64,000 nt of DNA from Vicinamibacterales bacterium (GCA_035606665.1 DATNEY010000034.1:84479-148478), one strand, 5' to 3'. Shown: positions 19,276 through 28,578, numbered from the stretch's first letter. Made by a program: numbers and translations. The notes: generated by a model not told the origin, from the sequence alone.

Positions 19276-20057
19276 CAGAGCACCCTCGCGTCTTCGCGCA
19301 GCACGCGAACAAGTTCCTTCGCGGCCTCGGCGGCGGATCCGGAAATCATGCGGGTCTGTTTGGACTTCTCGGGCATGTAGACCGACGCGATGCGCTGCTT
19401 CACCGTGGAAACGGGCGGTGCCGCGACGGCGCGAATTTCCTTTTTCTTGGCCGCCATGATGCCTTTGAGCGTCGCATAGCGGAGCTGGTTGATGCCGCTC
19501 TGGATCGTCAGCACGGCCGGCAGCGGCATCGACACCCACTGGAACCAGCCGCCCTCGAGTTCGCGCTTCACGCGGAGGTCTGCTGGCCCTGAGCCTGTCG
19601 AAGGGGCCGAAATCTGCACTTCCATGATGATGGTCGAGTGCGCGACACCGAGCTTCTCCGCGAGCACGACGCCCACCTGCGCGAATCCCTGATCGTCGGA
19701 CTGGAGTCCGGTCAGGATGAGGTCGGCCTGCTCCGGCGCGAGCGCCGCCGCAAGCGCCTCGGCGGCCGTGAAGGCGTCGGCGGTCGAAAAATGGTCGCCC
19801 TGCACATGAATCGCGCGATCCGCGCCACGCGCGAGCGCTTCCCGCAACACCTGCGCGACGCGCGCCGGACCGGCGGACACGACGACCACTTCCCCGCCGT
19901 GCTTCTCGCGCAGCCGCAGCGCCTCTTCGAGCGCGTAGGCGTCGGGCTCGTTCAGCTCCCAGCTCGCATCGGAGTCACGCACCCACGTCTTCGACTCGTT
20001 GACGCGCACCTGCCATTCGCGGGTGACGACCTGCTTGATACAGACAGCGATCTTCAC
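19275..20057 (-). CDS. etfB: Electron transfer flavoprotein beta subunit
   Basis: VKIAVCIKQVVTREWQVRVNE... is typical of ETF-beta. GTG 20057 is preceded by GAGG. The ORF-track extension (WTLDEL repeats) only translates the 18-mer repeat. Confidence 0.85.
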   Translation of the reverse strand: MKIAVCIKQVVTREWQVRVNESKTWVRDSDASWELNEPDAYALEEALRLREKHGGEVVVVSAGPARVAQVLREALARGADRAIHVQGDHFSTADAFTAAEALAAALAPEQADLILTGLQSDDQGFAQVGVVLAEKLGVAHSTIIMEVQISAPSTGSGPADLRVKRELEGGWFQWVSMPLPAVLTIQSGINQLRYATLKGIMAAKKKEIRAVAAPPVSTVKQRIASVYMPEKSKQTRMISGSAAEAAKELVRVLREDARVL

Positions 20058-20070
20058 AAAACCTCGATCA

Positions 20071-20296
20071 GTCCAGAGTCCATAGTCCACAGTCCAGGGT
20101 TCGTCCAAGGTCCAAGGTCCGTTCATGGTCCAAGGTTCGTCCAAGGTCCAAGGTTCGTTCATGGTCCAAGGTTCGTCCAAGGTCCAGAGTTCGTCCAAGG
20201 TCCAGAGTTCGTCCAGGGTCCAGAGCCGTTGGACCATGAACGAACCTCGGACCTTGGACGAACTCTGGACCTTGGACGAACTCTGGACTGTGGACC
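20071..20296. repeat. Tandem 18-nt repeat array with inverted arm (quasi-palindrome)
   Basis: Seven consecutive 18-mers occupy 20100..20225 (consensus TTCGTCCAAGGTCCAAGG; variants TTCGTTCATGGTCCAAGG and ...GGTCCAGAG). About 3.5 units follow in reverse-complement orientation (20229..20296). Confidence 0.9.
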
Positions 20297-20308
20297 CCGG
20301 ACGCGGGA

Positions 20309-21547
20309 CTATTCATATCTCTTCATCAGCAACGTCCCGTTCGTCCCGCCGAACCCGAACGAGTTCGAGAGCGCGCACTCGATCGCCATGGGACGCTTCG
20401 CGTTCGCGGCGTAGTCGAGATCGCAGGCCGGATCGGGCGCGTCGAGATTCATGGTCGGCGGCGCCACTTGGTGACGGATGGCGAGCGCCGTGATGCCGGC
20501 CTCGAGACCGCCGGCGGCGCCGAGCAGATGCCCGGTCATCGACTTCGTCGACGACATCACGAGCTTGCCGGCGTGGTCGCCGAACGTCGTCTTCACGGCA
20601 AGCGTCTCGGTCGGGTCATTGATGGGCGTCGATGTTCCGTGCGCGTTGATGTAGTGCACCTGATCGGGCCGCACACCGCCCTTGCGGAGCGCCATGCGCA
20701 TCGAGCGGACGGCGCCGTTCGCGTCCTCGGGCTGCGAGGTCAGATGAAAGGCGTCTCCAGACAGGCCGTAGCCTGCGATCTCGGCGTAGATCGTGGCGCC
20801 GCGCGCCTTGGCGAACTCGAGCTCCTCGAGCACCAGGATGCCGGCGCCCTCGCCGCAGACGAAGCCGTCGCGGTCCTTGTCGAACGGCCGGCTCGCCCGC
20901 TGGGGCTCGTCGTTCCGTGTGGACAACGCGCGCATGGCGGCGAAGCCGCCGATGCCCATCGGCGTGATCGACGCCTCGGATCCGCCTGCAATCATCACGT
21001 CGGCATCGTCGCGCTTGATGATCTCGTAGGCCTCGCCGACCGAGTGCGCGGACGCCGTGCAGGCGGTGCACGTCGCGAGATTAGGACCGCGCGCGCCGAA
21101 ACGGATCGAGACCTGGCCGGCCGCCAGGTTGATGATCGTCGCTGGTATGAAGAACGGAGAGATGCGGCGCGGCCCGCTCTTGAGGAATTCCTCGTGCTCG
21201 CGCTCGATCGTGGAGAACCCGCCGATGCCGGACGCGATGAACACTCCGACGCGATCCGAGAACTCCGGCGCGACCTCGAGCCCGGAATCGTCCATGGCCA
21301 TCTGGGAGGCGGCGATCGCGTACTGGATGAAGGCGTCCATCTTCTTGACGTCCTTCTTGTCGACCCAGTTGAGGGGGTCGAACCCGCGCACTTCACCGGC
21401 GATCCGCGCCGCGAAACCCGAGGCGTCGAAGTGCGTAATCGGCCCGATGCCGCTCTTCCCCGCCAGCAATCCGTTCCAGGTCTCGCCCGTGCTCAACCCC
21501 ACCGACGACAGCAGACCGACGCCGGTGATGACTACTCGCCTGGCCAA
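20309..21547 (-). CDS. fabF: Beta-ketoacyl-ACP synthase II
   Basis: RRVVITGVGLLSSVG, the active-site context ATCTACTASAHS, and HGTSTP / NSFGFGGTN at the C-terminus. TTG start with GGAGGA Shine-Dalgarno. Confidence 0.95.
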   Translation of the reverse strand: MARRVVITGVGLLSSVGLSTGETWNGLLAGKSGIGPITHFDASGFAARIAGEVRGFDPLNWVDKKDVKKMDAFIQYAIAASQMAMDDSGLEVAPEFSDRVGVFIASGIGGFSTIEREHEEFLKSGPRRISPFFIPATIINLAAGQVSIRFGARGPNLATCTACTASAHSVGEAYEIIKRDDADVMIAGGSEASITPMGIGGFAAMRALSTRNDEPQRASRPFDKDRDGFVCGEGAGILVLEELEFAKARGATIYAEIAGYGLSGDAFHLTSQPEDANGAVRSMRMALRKGGVRPDQVHYINAHGTSTPINDPTETLAVKTTFGDHAGKLVMSSTKSMTGHLLGAAGGLEAGITALAIRHQVAPPTMNLDAPDPACDLDYAANAKRPMAIECALSNSFGFGGTNGTLLMKRYE

Positions 21548-21557
21548 ACGTCCTCCA

Positions 21558-21797
21558 CTACTTCTTCTTGGCGTGGGCCTCGATGTACTCGATGGCCTCC
21601 TTCACGCGAGTGATCTTCTCGGCGTCCTCGTCGGGGATCTCGATGCTGAACTCCTCTTCGAAGGCCATGACGAGTTCGACCGTGTCGAGCGAGTCCGCGC
21701 CGAGGTCGTCGACGAACGAGGCATCCGGCGTCACTTCGTCTTCATCGACTCCGAGCTGCTCAACAATGATTTTCTTGACCTGGTCCGCAACCGCCAT
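21558..21797 (-). CDS. acpP: Acyl carrier protein
   Basis: 79 aa, with [18 protein letters not shown] carrying the phosphopantetheine Ser motif. AGGAGG Shine-Dalgarno. Confidence 0.97.
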   Translation of the reverse strand: MAVADQVKKIIVEQLGVDEDEVTPDASFVDDLGADSLDTVELVMAFEEEFSIEIPDEDAEKITRVKEAIEYIEAHAKKK

Positions 21798-21818
21798 TCG
21801 AGCCTCCTGATTAGCTCA

Positions 21819-21850
21819 CTTTCGAACTTCAGACTTTGAACTTCGAACTT
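21819..21850. repeat. TTCGAAC-family heptad direct repeat (fabG-acpP spacer)
   Basis: TTCGAAC TTCAGAC TTTGAAC TTCGAAC TT: four and a half phased heptads. Confidence 0.8.
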
Positions 21851-21852
21851 CC

Positions 21853-22593
21853 CTAAAGGTACATCCCGCCGTTGACGGCGAGTACGTGCCCCGTAATATA
21901 CGATGCTTCATCGGACGCAAGGAACACCACGGCGTTTGCCACGTCCGCCGGTGTACCCAGCCGCTTCAGTGGAATCCGCGACGCCCACTCCTCGTGGGCG
22001 CCCTCTGAAATGGCCCGCGTCATGTCCGTGTCTATTAGGCCCGGCGCCACGGCGTTCACCGTGACGTTCCGCGAGGCCACCTCGAGCGCAACGGCCTTGG
22101 TGAACCCGATGAGTCCGGCCTTCGACGCCGCATAGTTCGCCTGGCCCGCGTTCCCGGATTGCCCGACCACCGACGTGATGTTGATGATGCGACCGGACCG
22201 CTGCTTGATCATGGGCTTCAGAACGGCCTGCACACAGGCGAACGCCGCGGACAAGTTCGTCTGCAGAACCGCGTCCCAGTCCTCGCGCTTCATCCGGAGC
22301 ATCAGCGTGTCGCGCGTGATGCCGGCATTGTTGACCAGGATGTCGATTCGCCCATGACGTCCCAGAACGCCGGCCACCGTCGACTCAATTGCAGCCTGAT
22401 CGGTGACATCGAGTGACGCCAGCTCGGCCTGGCCGCCGGCCGCCTTGATGGCGTCCACGGTGTCGCGGGCATTCTCGCCGCGCGCGGCCGCGACGACCGT
22501 CGCTCCGGCCGCGGCGAGCCCATCGGCGATGGCTTTGCCAATGCCCCGCGACGCTCCCGTGACCAGGGCCACACGGCCCGAAAACTGCGACAT
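21853..22593 (-). CDS. fabG: 3-oxoacyl-ACP reductase
   Basis: GRVALVTGASRGIGKAIA, NNAGITRD and YAASKAG are SDR/FabG signatures. Located next to acpP. ATG 22593 is preferred over TTG 22599. Confidence 0.9.
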   Translation of the reverse strand: MSQFSGRVALVTGASRGIGKAIADGLAAAGATVVAAARGENARDTVDAIKAAGGQAELASLDVTDQAAIESTVAGVLGRHGRIDILVNNAGITRDTLMLRMKREDWDAVLQTNLSAAFACVQAVLKPMIKQRSGRIINITSVVGQSGNAGQANYAASKAGLIGFTKAVALEVASRNVTVNAVAPGLIDTDMTRAISEGAHEEWASRIPLKRLGTPADVANAVVFLASDEASYITGHVLAVNGGMYL

Positions 22594-22604
22594 AGACAAC
22601 CTGT

Positions 22605-23615
22605 CTACTTCAGCACACTTCCGAGTGCATCGCCAAGCTGACGGACGATGCCCTGCTCGGCAAGACGGGCCGCCATGCGGATCCCGTTCTCAATCGCCTG
22701 CGGCGTCGAACGGCCGTGCCCGACGACCGCGACACCATCGAGGCCCACCAGCAGCGCGCCTCCGGACTCTGCGTAGTCCACGCGCTGCTTGAATCTCAGA
22801 AAGGCGCCTCTCGTGAGCAGGCCGCCGATCTGCGACACGATCTGCGAGCCCATCTCCTCACGCAGCATTTCCTGCGCCGCCTCGACGATGCCCTCGCCCA
22901 CCTTGAGGGCGATATTGCCGGTGAAGCCATCACAGACGATCACGTCCGCGCGCCCGCTGAAGAACTCGCGAGCCTCCAGGTTGCCGAGGAAGTCCACCGG
23001 CGCGCGCTCCAGGAGCGCGTGCGCCTCCCTCACGAGATCCGTCCCCTTGCCGGCTTCTTCGCCGATCGAGAGCAGACCCACCTTCGGATGCTCGACGTGG
23101 AGGAGGATTCGCGCGTACGCCGCGCCCAGGATGCCGAACTGACAGAGGTGCTCGGGCCGGCAATCGAGGTTCGCGCCCGCGTCGAGCAGCACGGCCGCAC
23201 CAGTCCGCGTCGGAACGGTGACCGCGAGCGCCGGGCGATCCACGCCTGCCAGGACGCCGAGCGCCGCCCGCGATGAAAGATAGGCCGCGCCGGTGTGGCC
23301 GGCGCTGAACATGGCGTCGGCCTCGCCGCGGGCCACGAGCCCCGCCGCGACGCGCACCGACGACCCGGGCTTGCGCCAATGCGCTGCGATGGGCTTTTCG
23401 TCCATCGCCACCGCATCCGGCGCATCCACGATCGTGAGCGCCGCGCCATCGGCACCGCCGAGTTCCTCGACCAGGCGGTCAAGGACCGCGGCCGGCCCAG
23501 TCAATTTGATCGAAACGCCCCGCCGCGACGCCTGTACCGCGCCGGCCACCACCGCGCCAGGCGCGTGGTCGCCGCCCATCGCGTCAACGGCGACAGTTAT
23601 GGGCATCAAAGACAT
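22605..23615 (-). CDS. plsX: Phosphate acyltransferase PlsX
   Basis: ITVAVDAMGGDHAP and ...VVGHGRS... are PlsX hallmarks. Follows rpmF as usual. Confidence 0.93.
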   Translation of the reverse strand: MSLMPITVAVDAMGGDHAPGAVVAGAVQASRRGVSIKLTGPAAVLDRLVEELGGADGAALTIVDAPDAVAMDEKPIAAHWRKPGSSVRVAAGLVARGEADAMFSAGHTGAAYLSSRAALGVLAGVDRPALAVTVPTRTGAAVLLDAGANLDCRPEHLCQFGILGAAYARILLHVEHPKVGLLSIGEEAGKGTDLVREAHALLERAPVDFLGNLEAREFFSGRADVIVCDGFTGNIALKVGEGIVEAAQEMLREEMGSQIVSQIGGLLTRGAFLRFKQRVDYAESGGALLVGLDGVAVVGHGRSTPQAIENGIRMAARLAEQGIVRQLGDALGSVLK

Positions 23616-23625
23616 CTACCATTGA

Positions 23626-23690
23626 GACATTTGGACATGTGGACATCTGACGGCAATGTCCTCATGGCAAATGTCCAAATGACAAATGAC
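23626..23690. repeat. GACATNTG octad palindromic element (rpmF-plsX spacer)
   Basis: GACATTTG GACATGTG GACATCTG, then the inverted words. The stem CATTTGGACAT (23628..23638) / ATGTCCAAATG (23671..23681) is perfect; an inner stem GGACAT/ATGTCC is also present. Confidence 0.8.
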
Positions 23691-23695
23691 GAGCG

Positions 23696-23878
23696 TCAGT
23701 CTTCCTTGACTGCCCTGACCTGACGGCCTTTGTAGTAGCCGCAGTTCGGGCAGACCACGTGCGGCGGCTTCGGCTCGCGGCACTGCGGGCACGCGCCAGT
23801 GGCGATCGGCTTCAGCGCATCGTGCGTCCGGCGCTTGGCCGTCCGCGTCTTCGAGTGTCGTCTCTTGGGATTGGGCAT
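23696..23878 (-). CDS. rpmF: 50S ribosomal protein L32
   Basis: MPNPKRRHSKTRTAKRRTHDAL with a CPQC...CPNCG zinc ribbon. Confidence 0.97.
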   Translation of the reverse strand: MPNPKRRHSKTRTAKRRTHDALKPIATGACPQCREPKPPHVVCPNCGYYKGRQVRAVKED

Positions 23879-23882
23879 CGTT

Positions 23883-23912
23883 CAACCTACGTCAACTTCG
23901 AACTTTGAACTT
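23883..23912. repeat. Composite spacer: one CAACCTA word plus TTCGAAC-family heptads
   Basis: CAACCTAC GTCAACTTCGAACTTTGAACTT. The last bases overlap the yceD stop codon. Confidence 0.6.
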
Positions 23913-24426
23913 ACTTGATCAGCTTCTTCAGTACCGCGAGCCTGGGATCCACCCACTCTTCCTTGCACTCGCACGTCTCGCGATTCCGATTAATCCCGCA
24001 CACCGGACAGAGTCCCTTGCAGTCCGGCCGGCACAGCGGCTTCATCGGCAGGGCGAGCAGGAACTGCTCGCGCATCACTTCACCAAGGTCGATCACATCG
24101 TCCTTGTAGAAAGTGACGCCCACGTCGGAGTCCTGCACCTCGCGCTCGTCCGCCGGCCCGTCGTCGGTCTGCGGCAGAAACAGCAGATCGAACCCGGCAT
24201 CGACGGGGATCGCAAATGGCTCCAGGCACCGGCCGCAAGCCATTTCCAGGCTCGTCGCGACCCGGCCCACGAGCCGGACCTTCTGGGCGTCCTTCCTGAC
24301 CTCGGCGGCCAGCACCACGGGTGCGGCCACACGAAAATCCTCCCCGGTCAGGTCAAAGTGCGACGGCTCAAACGTCCGCGAAACCTGATCGACCCAGCCG
24401 CGGAACCCTCGTAGATCGAGCAACAT
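23911..24426 (-). CDS. yceD: DUF177 / YceD-family protein (large-subunit rRNA accumulation)
   Basis: 171 aa, C-terminal CRPDCKGLCPVCGINRN, located immediately upstream of rpmF as in many bacteria. Confidence 0.85.
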   Translation of the reverse strand: MLLDLRGFRGWVDQVSRTFEPSHFDLTGEDFRVAAPVVLAAEVRKDAQKVRLVGRVATSLEMACGRCLEPFAIPVDAGFDLLFLPQTDDGPADEREVQDSDVGVTFYKDDVIDLGEVMREQFLLALPMKPLCRPDCKGLCPVCGINRNRETCECKEEWVDPRLAVLKKLIK

Positions 24427-24490
24427 GGGAGTCTTCAGCCGGGCATTTCCCGCCCGCCCGAAACAACGATCCTAGCACGCAGCGCGGGGA

Positions 24491-25531
24491 CTAAGTCACG
24501 CTCCAGGATCTGGGCACGAACAGCTCTTCAAAGAGAGCCACCGCATAGCGATCGGTCATTCCGGCCACGAAATCGCGCACGGCCGCGTCGAGGCCCTCCC
24601 GTTCGACCGTGACGGAGTCCACGTACGGCTCGGGGCGGGCCTGGAGCTTCTCCCACAGGCCCCCCAGGATGCCGGAGGCCTTCTCGAACTCGGCGGTCGC
24701 CCTGGGGTTTTCGTAGACGGCGTCGAAGAGGAAGGTGCGTAGCGCCAGCGTTGCGTTCAGGATGGGGTCGCTCATCCGAATCTCCGACAGCCCGCCCTCG
24801 AGGGTCCGGGTTACGACGTCGGTCACCATCGTGTTGATCCGCTGTGACGACGTGGTACCGAGGACGGCGACGGCATCCGCCGGCAGTTCCCCATCTTTCA
24901 GAATGCCCGCCCGCACGGCGTCGTCGATGTCGTGATTGACGTAAGCGCAGATGTCGGCGACGCGCGCGATCTGCCCTTCGACCGTGCTCGAGCGATGCTC
25001 GGGTGGCGCGCCCACGGGCAAGCCGTGCTTGCCCTTGGAGTGGCGCGCGATGCCGTCGCGGACTTCCCACGTGAGGTTGAGCCCCTGCCGCCCGTTCTCG
25101 AGCACATCGACAATCCGGAGGCTCTGCTCGTAATGGCTGAAACCGCCCGGCACGAGCTTGTCGATGACGCGCTCACCAGCGTGCCCGAACGGCGGATGAC
25201 CCAGGTCATGCCCCAACGCAATCGCTTCGGTCAGCTCCTCGTGGAGGCGGAGCACTTTCGCGATGCTTCGCGCGATTTGCGACACCTCGAGGGTGTGCGT
25301 CAGTCGCGTGCGGTAGTGGTCGCCGGTCGGCGCGAAGAACACCTGCGTCTTGTGCTTGAGCCGACGAAACGCCTTTGAGTGAATGACACGGTCGCGGTCG
25401 CGCTGGAAAACTGGACGGATGGGATCCTGCGGCTCGGGATTCAGACGCCCGCGGCTCTCCGCGCTCTTGGCGGCCTGCGGCGCCAGAAAATCGAACTCGC
25501 GTGCCTCGAGCTGTTCGCGGATGGATGACAT
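24491..25531 (-). CDS. dNTP triphosphohydrolase (dGTPase-like HD-domain protein)
   Basis: RTRLTHTLEVSQIARSIA...GHDLGHPPFGH is the HD-domain dGTPase family pattern. Confidence 0.85.
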   Translation of the reverse strand: MSSIREQLEAREFDFLAPQAAKSAESRGRLNPEPQDPIRPVFQRDRDRVIHSKAFRRLKHKTQVFFAPTGDHYRTRLTHTLEVSQIARSIAKVLRLHEELTEAIALGHDLGHPPFGHAGERVIDKLVPGGFSHYEQSLRIVDVLENGRQGLNLTWEVRDGIARHSKGKHGLPVGAPPEHRSSTVEGQIARVADICAYVNHDIDDAVRAGILKDGELPADAVAVLGTTSSQRINTMVTDVVTRTLEGGLSEIRMSDPILNATLALRTFLFDAVYENPRATAEFEKASGILGGLWEKLQARPEPYVDSVTVEREGLDAAVRDFVAGMTDRYAVALFEELFVPRSWSVT

Positions 25532-25554
25532 CAGAGGAATGTGAGACGCAGAGT

Positions 25555-26736
25555 CTATCGCACCACGTCCGAGAGAAAGCTCGTGCCGTGCGCCAACGGC
25601 GGCAGGCCGAAAGCCTCGCCGATCGTGCGGCCGAGATCGGCAAATGTCGAGCGCGTACCGATGTTCGCATCCGGCCGGACGGCCTCGCCGAAGATCAACA
25701 CCGGAACGTGCTCTCTCGAGTGATCCGTTGACGGCGTCGTCGGGTCATTCCCGTGGTCGGCGGTGACGATGAGGAGATCCGCCGGCCCGAGGCGCGGCAG
25801 AAAGCCCGCGAGGCGAGCATCGAAACGCTCGAGATTGGCCGCGTATCCACGCACGTCATTTCGGTGGCCGTACTGCGTATCGAAGTCCACGAGGTTGATC
25901 GCCAGCAGACCCCGGGGCGTCGTGCCGAGTTCCGATTCGAGGACGGTCATGCCGTGATCGTCCGAGGTTGTGTGGATCGCGCGGGTGAGCCCGCGGCCCG
26001 CGAAGAGGTCTTCTATCTTGCCGATACCGACGACCGCGTGTCCGGCCGCTTTCATCTGGTCCATGACCGTTGTCTGAAACGGTTCGAGCGCAAAGTCCCG
26101 GCGATTCGATGTGCGCGTGAAGTGCCCTGGCTCGCCGACGAAGGGGCGGGCAATCACCCGGCCGACACCCATGCCACGACCGACGAGATCGAAGGCGACG
26201 CCGCAGATGCGGTACAGCTCGTCGACGGGAATCACCGACTCATGAGCGGCGATCTGAAACACGGAGTCCGCGGACGTGTAGACAATCGGCTGTCCCGTGC
26301 GCACGTGCTCGGGACCAAGGGCGTCGATGATCGTGGTTCCGGACGCGACGGTGTTGCCCAGGCTGCTCCGGCCGATGCGCGCTTCGAATTCGCGGATGAC
26401 GTCCGCCGGAAACCCCTTCGGGAACGTCGGAAACGGCCGCTCCAGGACGATGCCCATCATTTCCCAGTGGCCGGTGACGGAGTCCTTGCCAGCCGATGAC
26501 TCGGCCATGCGTCCGAAGGCGCCACGGGGAGGCACGCGGTCGCCGCCAATGGCCGCGACTTCGGACAGACCGAGCGATCTCAATGTCGGGACGCGGAGGC
26601 CCACCTCGCGCGCGATGTTGCCCAGCGTGTCGCTGCCTTCGTCACCGTAGACGGAGGCGTCAGGCAGTTCCCCACAACCCACGGAGTCCATGACGATCAG
26701 GACGACGCGATCAATGCGAGAGGAAGGCTTCGACAA
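25555..26736 (-). CDS. deoB: Phosphopentomutase
   Basis: VVLIVMDSVGCGELPDA...TADHGNDPT...HSREHVP. TTG start, overlapping the miaA end by 26 nt. Confidence 0.9.
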   Translation of the reverse strand: MSKPSSRIDRVVLIVMDSVGCGELPDASVYGDEGSDTLGNIAREVGLRVPTLRSLGLSEVAAIGGDRVPPRGAFGRMAESSAGKDSVTGHWEMMGIVLERPFPTFPKGFPADVIREFEARIGRSSLGNTVASGTTIIDALGPEHVRTGQPIVYTSADSVFQIAAHESVIPVDELYRICGVAFDLVGRGMGVGRVIARPFVGEPGHFTRTSNRRDFALEPFQTTVMDQMKAAGHAVVGIGKIEDLFAGRGLTRAIHTTSDDHGMTVLESELGTTPRGLLAINLVDFDTQYGHRNDVRGYAANLERFDARLAGFLPRLGPADLLIVTADHGNDPTTPSTDHSREHVPVLIFGEAVRPDANIGTRSTFADLGRTIGEAFGLPPLAHGTSFLSDVVR

Positions 26737-27637
26737 GGGCGCTGGCTGCTCCGATGGCCGCCGGCGACTCGCCGGGACCGTCGAGCCATCGTACGTCAGG
26801 TTCCTTGCGGAACCATATCAACTGGCGGCGGGCGTATCGCATGTTCTCGCGGACGATGAGTTCGCGCGTCGCGCTTTCGTCGCGGACGCCGTCGAGCATT
26901 TCAATCACCTGCCTGTAGACCAGGCCCGTGAAGGCGTGCGCGTTCTTCGGAACGCCGGCTGCCAGCCGTTCGCGGACCTCGGCGACCACACCCCGCGCGA
27001 ATTGCTGGTCCACCCGGCGTGCGACACGGGGCCACAGGGCCTCCCTCGGCATGTTGACGCCGATGGTCAGCATCTTGAAGTCAGCAATCGGTGACGCCGT
27101 GTGCTCGAAGTGCGACGTCAATGGCCGGCCGGTGAGAAGGTACACCTCGAGGGCGCGCACAAGCCGCTTCAGATCGCGCGGCTGAATGCGAAGGCCGGAA
27201 TCCGGATCGACCCGTACGAGCCAGCGATGGAGGAACTCTACGCCGCGGCGCGACGCCACGCGTTCGAGCCGGGATCGCAGCGCTTCGTCGCGCGCCGGTC
27301 CGGGGAACAGTCCCCTGACAAGGGCGCGGTAGTAGAAGCCGGTGCCGCCGGCGAGCACGGGCAGCCTGCCACCGGATGCGTGCTCGCGCATGATGCGCGA
27401 CGCGTCCTGCGCGTACCTGGCCGCGGAGTACGCCTCCGCGGGCTCGGCGATGTCGACCATGAAGTGCGGAACGCCGCGTTGCTCTTCGAGCGGCACCTTG
27501 TCGGTGCCGATGTCGATGCCACGGTAGACCGCCGTGGAATCGCAGGCAACAATCACGCCGCCGAAGTGCTCGGCCAGCGCCAGCGCAAGCGCGCTCTTGC
27601 CGGTGGCCGTCGGGCCAACGACCGCGACGGCCCGCAT
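26711..27637 (-). CDS. miaA: tRNA dimethylallyltransferase
   Basis: VVGPTATGKSALALALAE P-loop and ...VPHFMVDI... are typical of MiaA. Confidence 0.92.
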   Translation of the reverse strand: MRAVAVVGPTATGKSALALALAEHFGGVIVACDSTAVYRGIDIGTDKVPLEEQRGVPHFMVDIAEPAEAYSAARYAQDASRIMREHASGGRLPVLAGGTGFYYRALVRGLFPGPARDEALRSRLERVASRRGVEFLHRWLVRVDPDSGLRIQPRDLKRLVRALEVYLLTGRPLTSHFEHTASPIADFKMLTIGVNMPREALWPRVARRVDQQFARGVVAEVRERLAAGVPKNAHAFTGLVYRQVIEMLDGVRDESATRELIVRENMRYARRQLIWFRKEPDVRWLDGPGESPAAIGAASALVEAFLSH

Positions 27638-27642
27638 CGCGG

Positions 27643-28578
27643 TCAGGGGCGGCCCGGCCGCGCCGGACCAATATCACTGTCGCCAGGCGCGCCGAGGGGC
27701 GCGCGCACGTCGTAGTAGAACGTCACGGTGAAGAACGCGCGGTCGTCCGGGTACTCCGCAGGAAGTGGCAGAACGGGGCTGGAATTCTTGAGCGCGTTGA
27801 AGGCGGCATTGTCGTAGGAAGGGAACGGACTCCGCGACACGATCTTGAGATCGGTAATCGTGCCGTTCCTGAGCACGTAGAACTGGATCACGACGCGCCC
27901 GGACTGGAACATCGCCGCGGGCACGTTCCAGTTGCGCTTGACCGTCTGCACGAACCGACGCAGCCAGGGGCCGAAATCGACGCCCTTGGAATCGAACTGG
28001 ATGTCCGGCAACCGCTCCGCCTGCCCGCCCTGCTGGTTGTCGAAGTTTCCGTCTTGAAGATACTGCCCGAGGTTCTTGAGCGCGTTGGCCAGCCCCCCGC
28101 CGGCGGGCGGCGCCTGCGCCGCTGGCGAAGGCGGCGCGGGTTTCAATCCAAGATCGGCAGGCGTGGCGGCAGTTGACGGGTTCGGCTGCGCCGTGCCGTT
28201 CTCCGGCCCTTTCGGCTTCTCGTCGCGGCTGGCCACAACCCGCTCGGACGTATCACCGACCGAGAAGGGTTTTGTGTTCGTCGCGGTGGGCGGGGTCTCG
28301 GGTGACGCGGCGCGGCGATCGCGGTCCGATTGCTCGGGCTGGGCCCTTGGCGGCGCGTTCCGTTCGAACCTCGGCGTGATTTGCACGTACTGCACCGATT
28401 CGTGCGGGGAGGCAGGTGGCACGACCACGGGATCCGCCGGCAAATACTCAGGCGCCACGAGGTATGCGATCACCATCAGCGCATGGATCAGCAGCGACAC
28501 GAGGACGCCCTCGCGCAGCGATATCGCCTGCGGCACGCGCGGCGTATCCGGCCGATAGTCTTCGAGATCCAGGTACAT
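27643..28578 (-). CDS. TonB-family energy transducer-like protein
   Basis: N-terminal TM helix (GVLVSLLIHALMVIAYLV), a Pro-rich spacer, and a C-terminal domain GRVVIQFYVLRNGTITDLKIVSRSPFPSYDNAAFNALK. The start is uncertain (ATG 28578 or TTG 28641). Confidence 0.7.
   Translation of the reverse strand: MYLDLEDYRPDTPRVPQAISLREGVLVSLLIHALMVIAYLVAPEYLPADPVVVPPASPHESVQYVQITPRFERNAPPRAQPEQSDRDRRAASPETPPTATNTKPFSVGDTSERVVASRDEKPKGPENGTAQPNPSTAATPADLGLKPAPPSPAAQAPPAGGGLANALKNLGQYLQDGNFDNQQGGQAERLPDIQFDSKGVDFGPWLRRFVQTVKRNWNVPAAMFQSGRVVIQFYVLRNGTITDLKIVSRSPFPSYDNAAFNALKNSSPVLPLPAEYPDDRAFFTVTFYYDVRAPLGAPGDSDIGPARPGRP

Noticed and set aside
20058-20237. ORF-track N-terminal extension of etfB reading MVQRLWTLDELWTLDELWTLDEPW..., which looks like a repeat protein.
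   Set aside because: ETF-beta homology begins at VKIAVCIKQ (GTG 20057, preceded by GAGG). Several other frames are also open across the same 18-mer array, so the peptide repeat is a by-product of a stop-free DNA repeat.
20071-20296. Reading this tandem repeat array, or the other phased repeats, as a CRISPR array.
   Set aside because: The units are contiguous 7-18 nt words with no unique spacers, repeat length is far below CRISPR range, and no cas genes are present.
17833-28578. Treating exbD (17833..18240) and the TonB-like gene (27643..28578) as one Ton system locus.
   Set aside because: They lie about 10 kb apart on opposite strands, are separated by unrelated operons, and no exbB is present.
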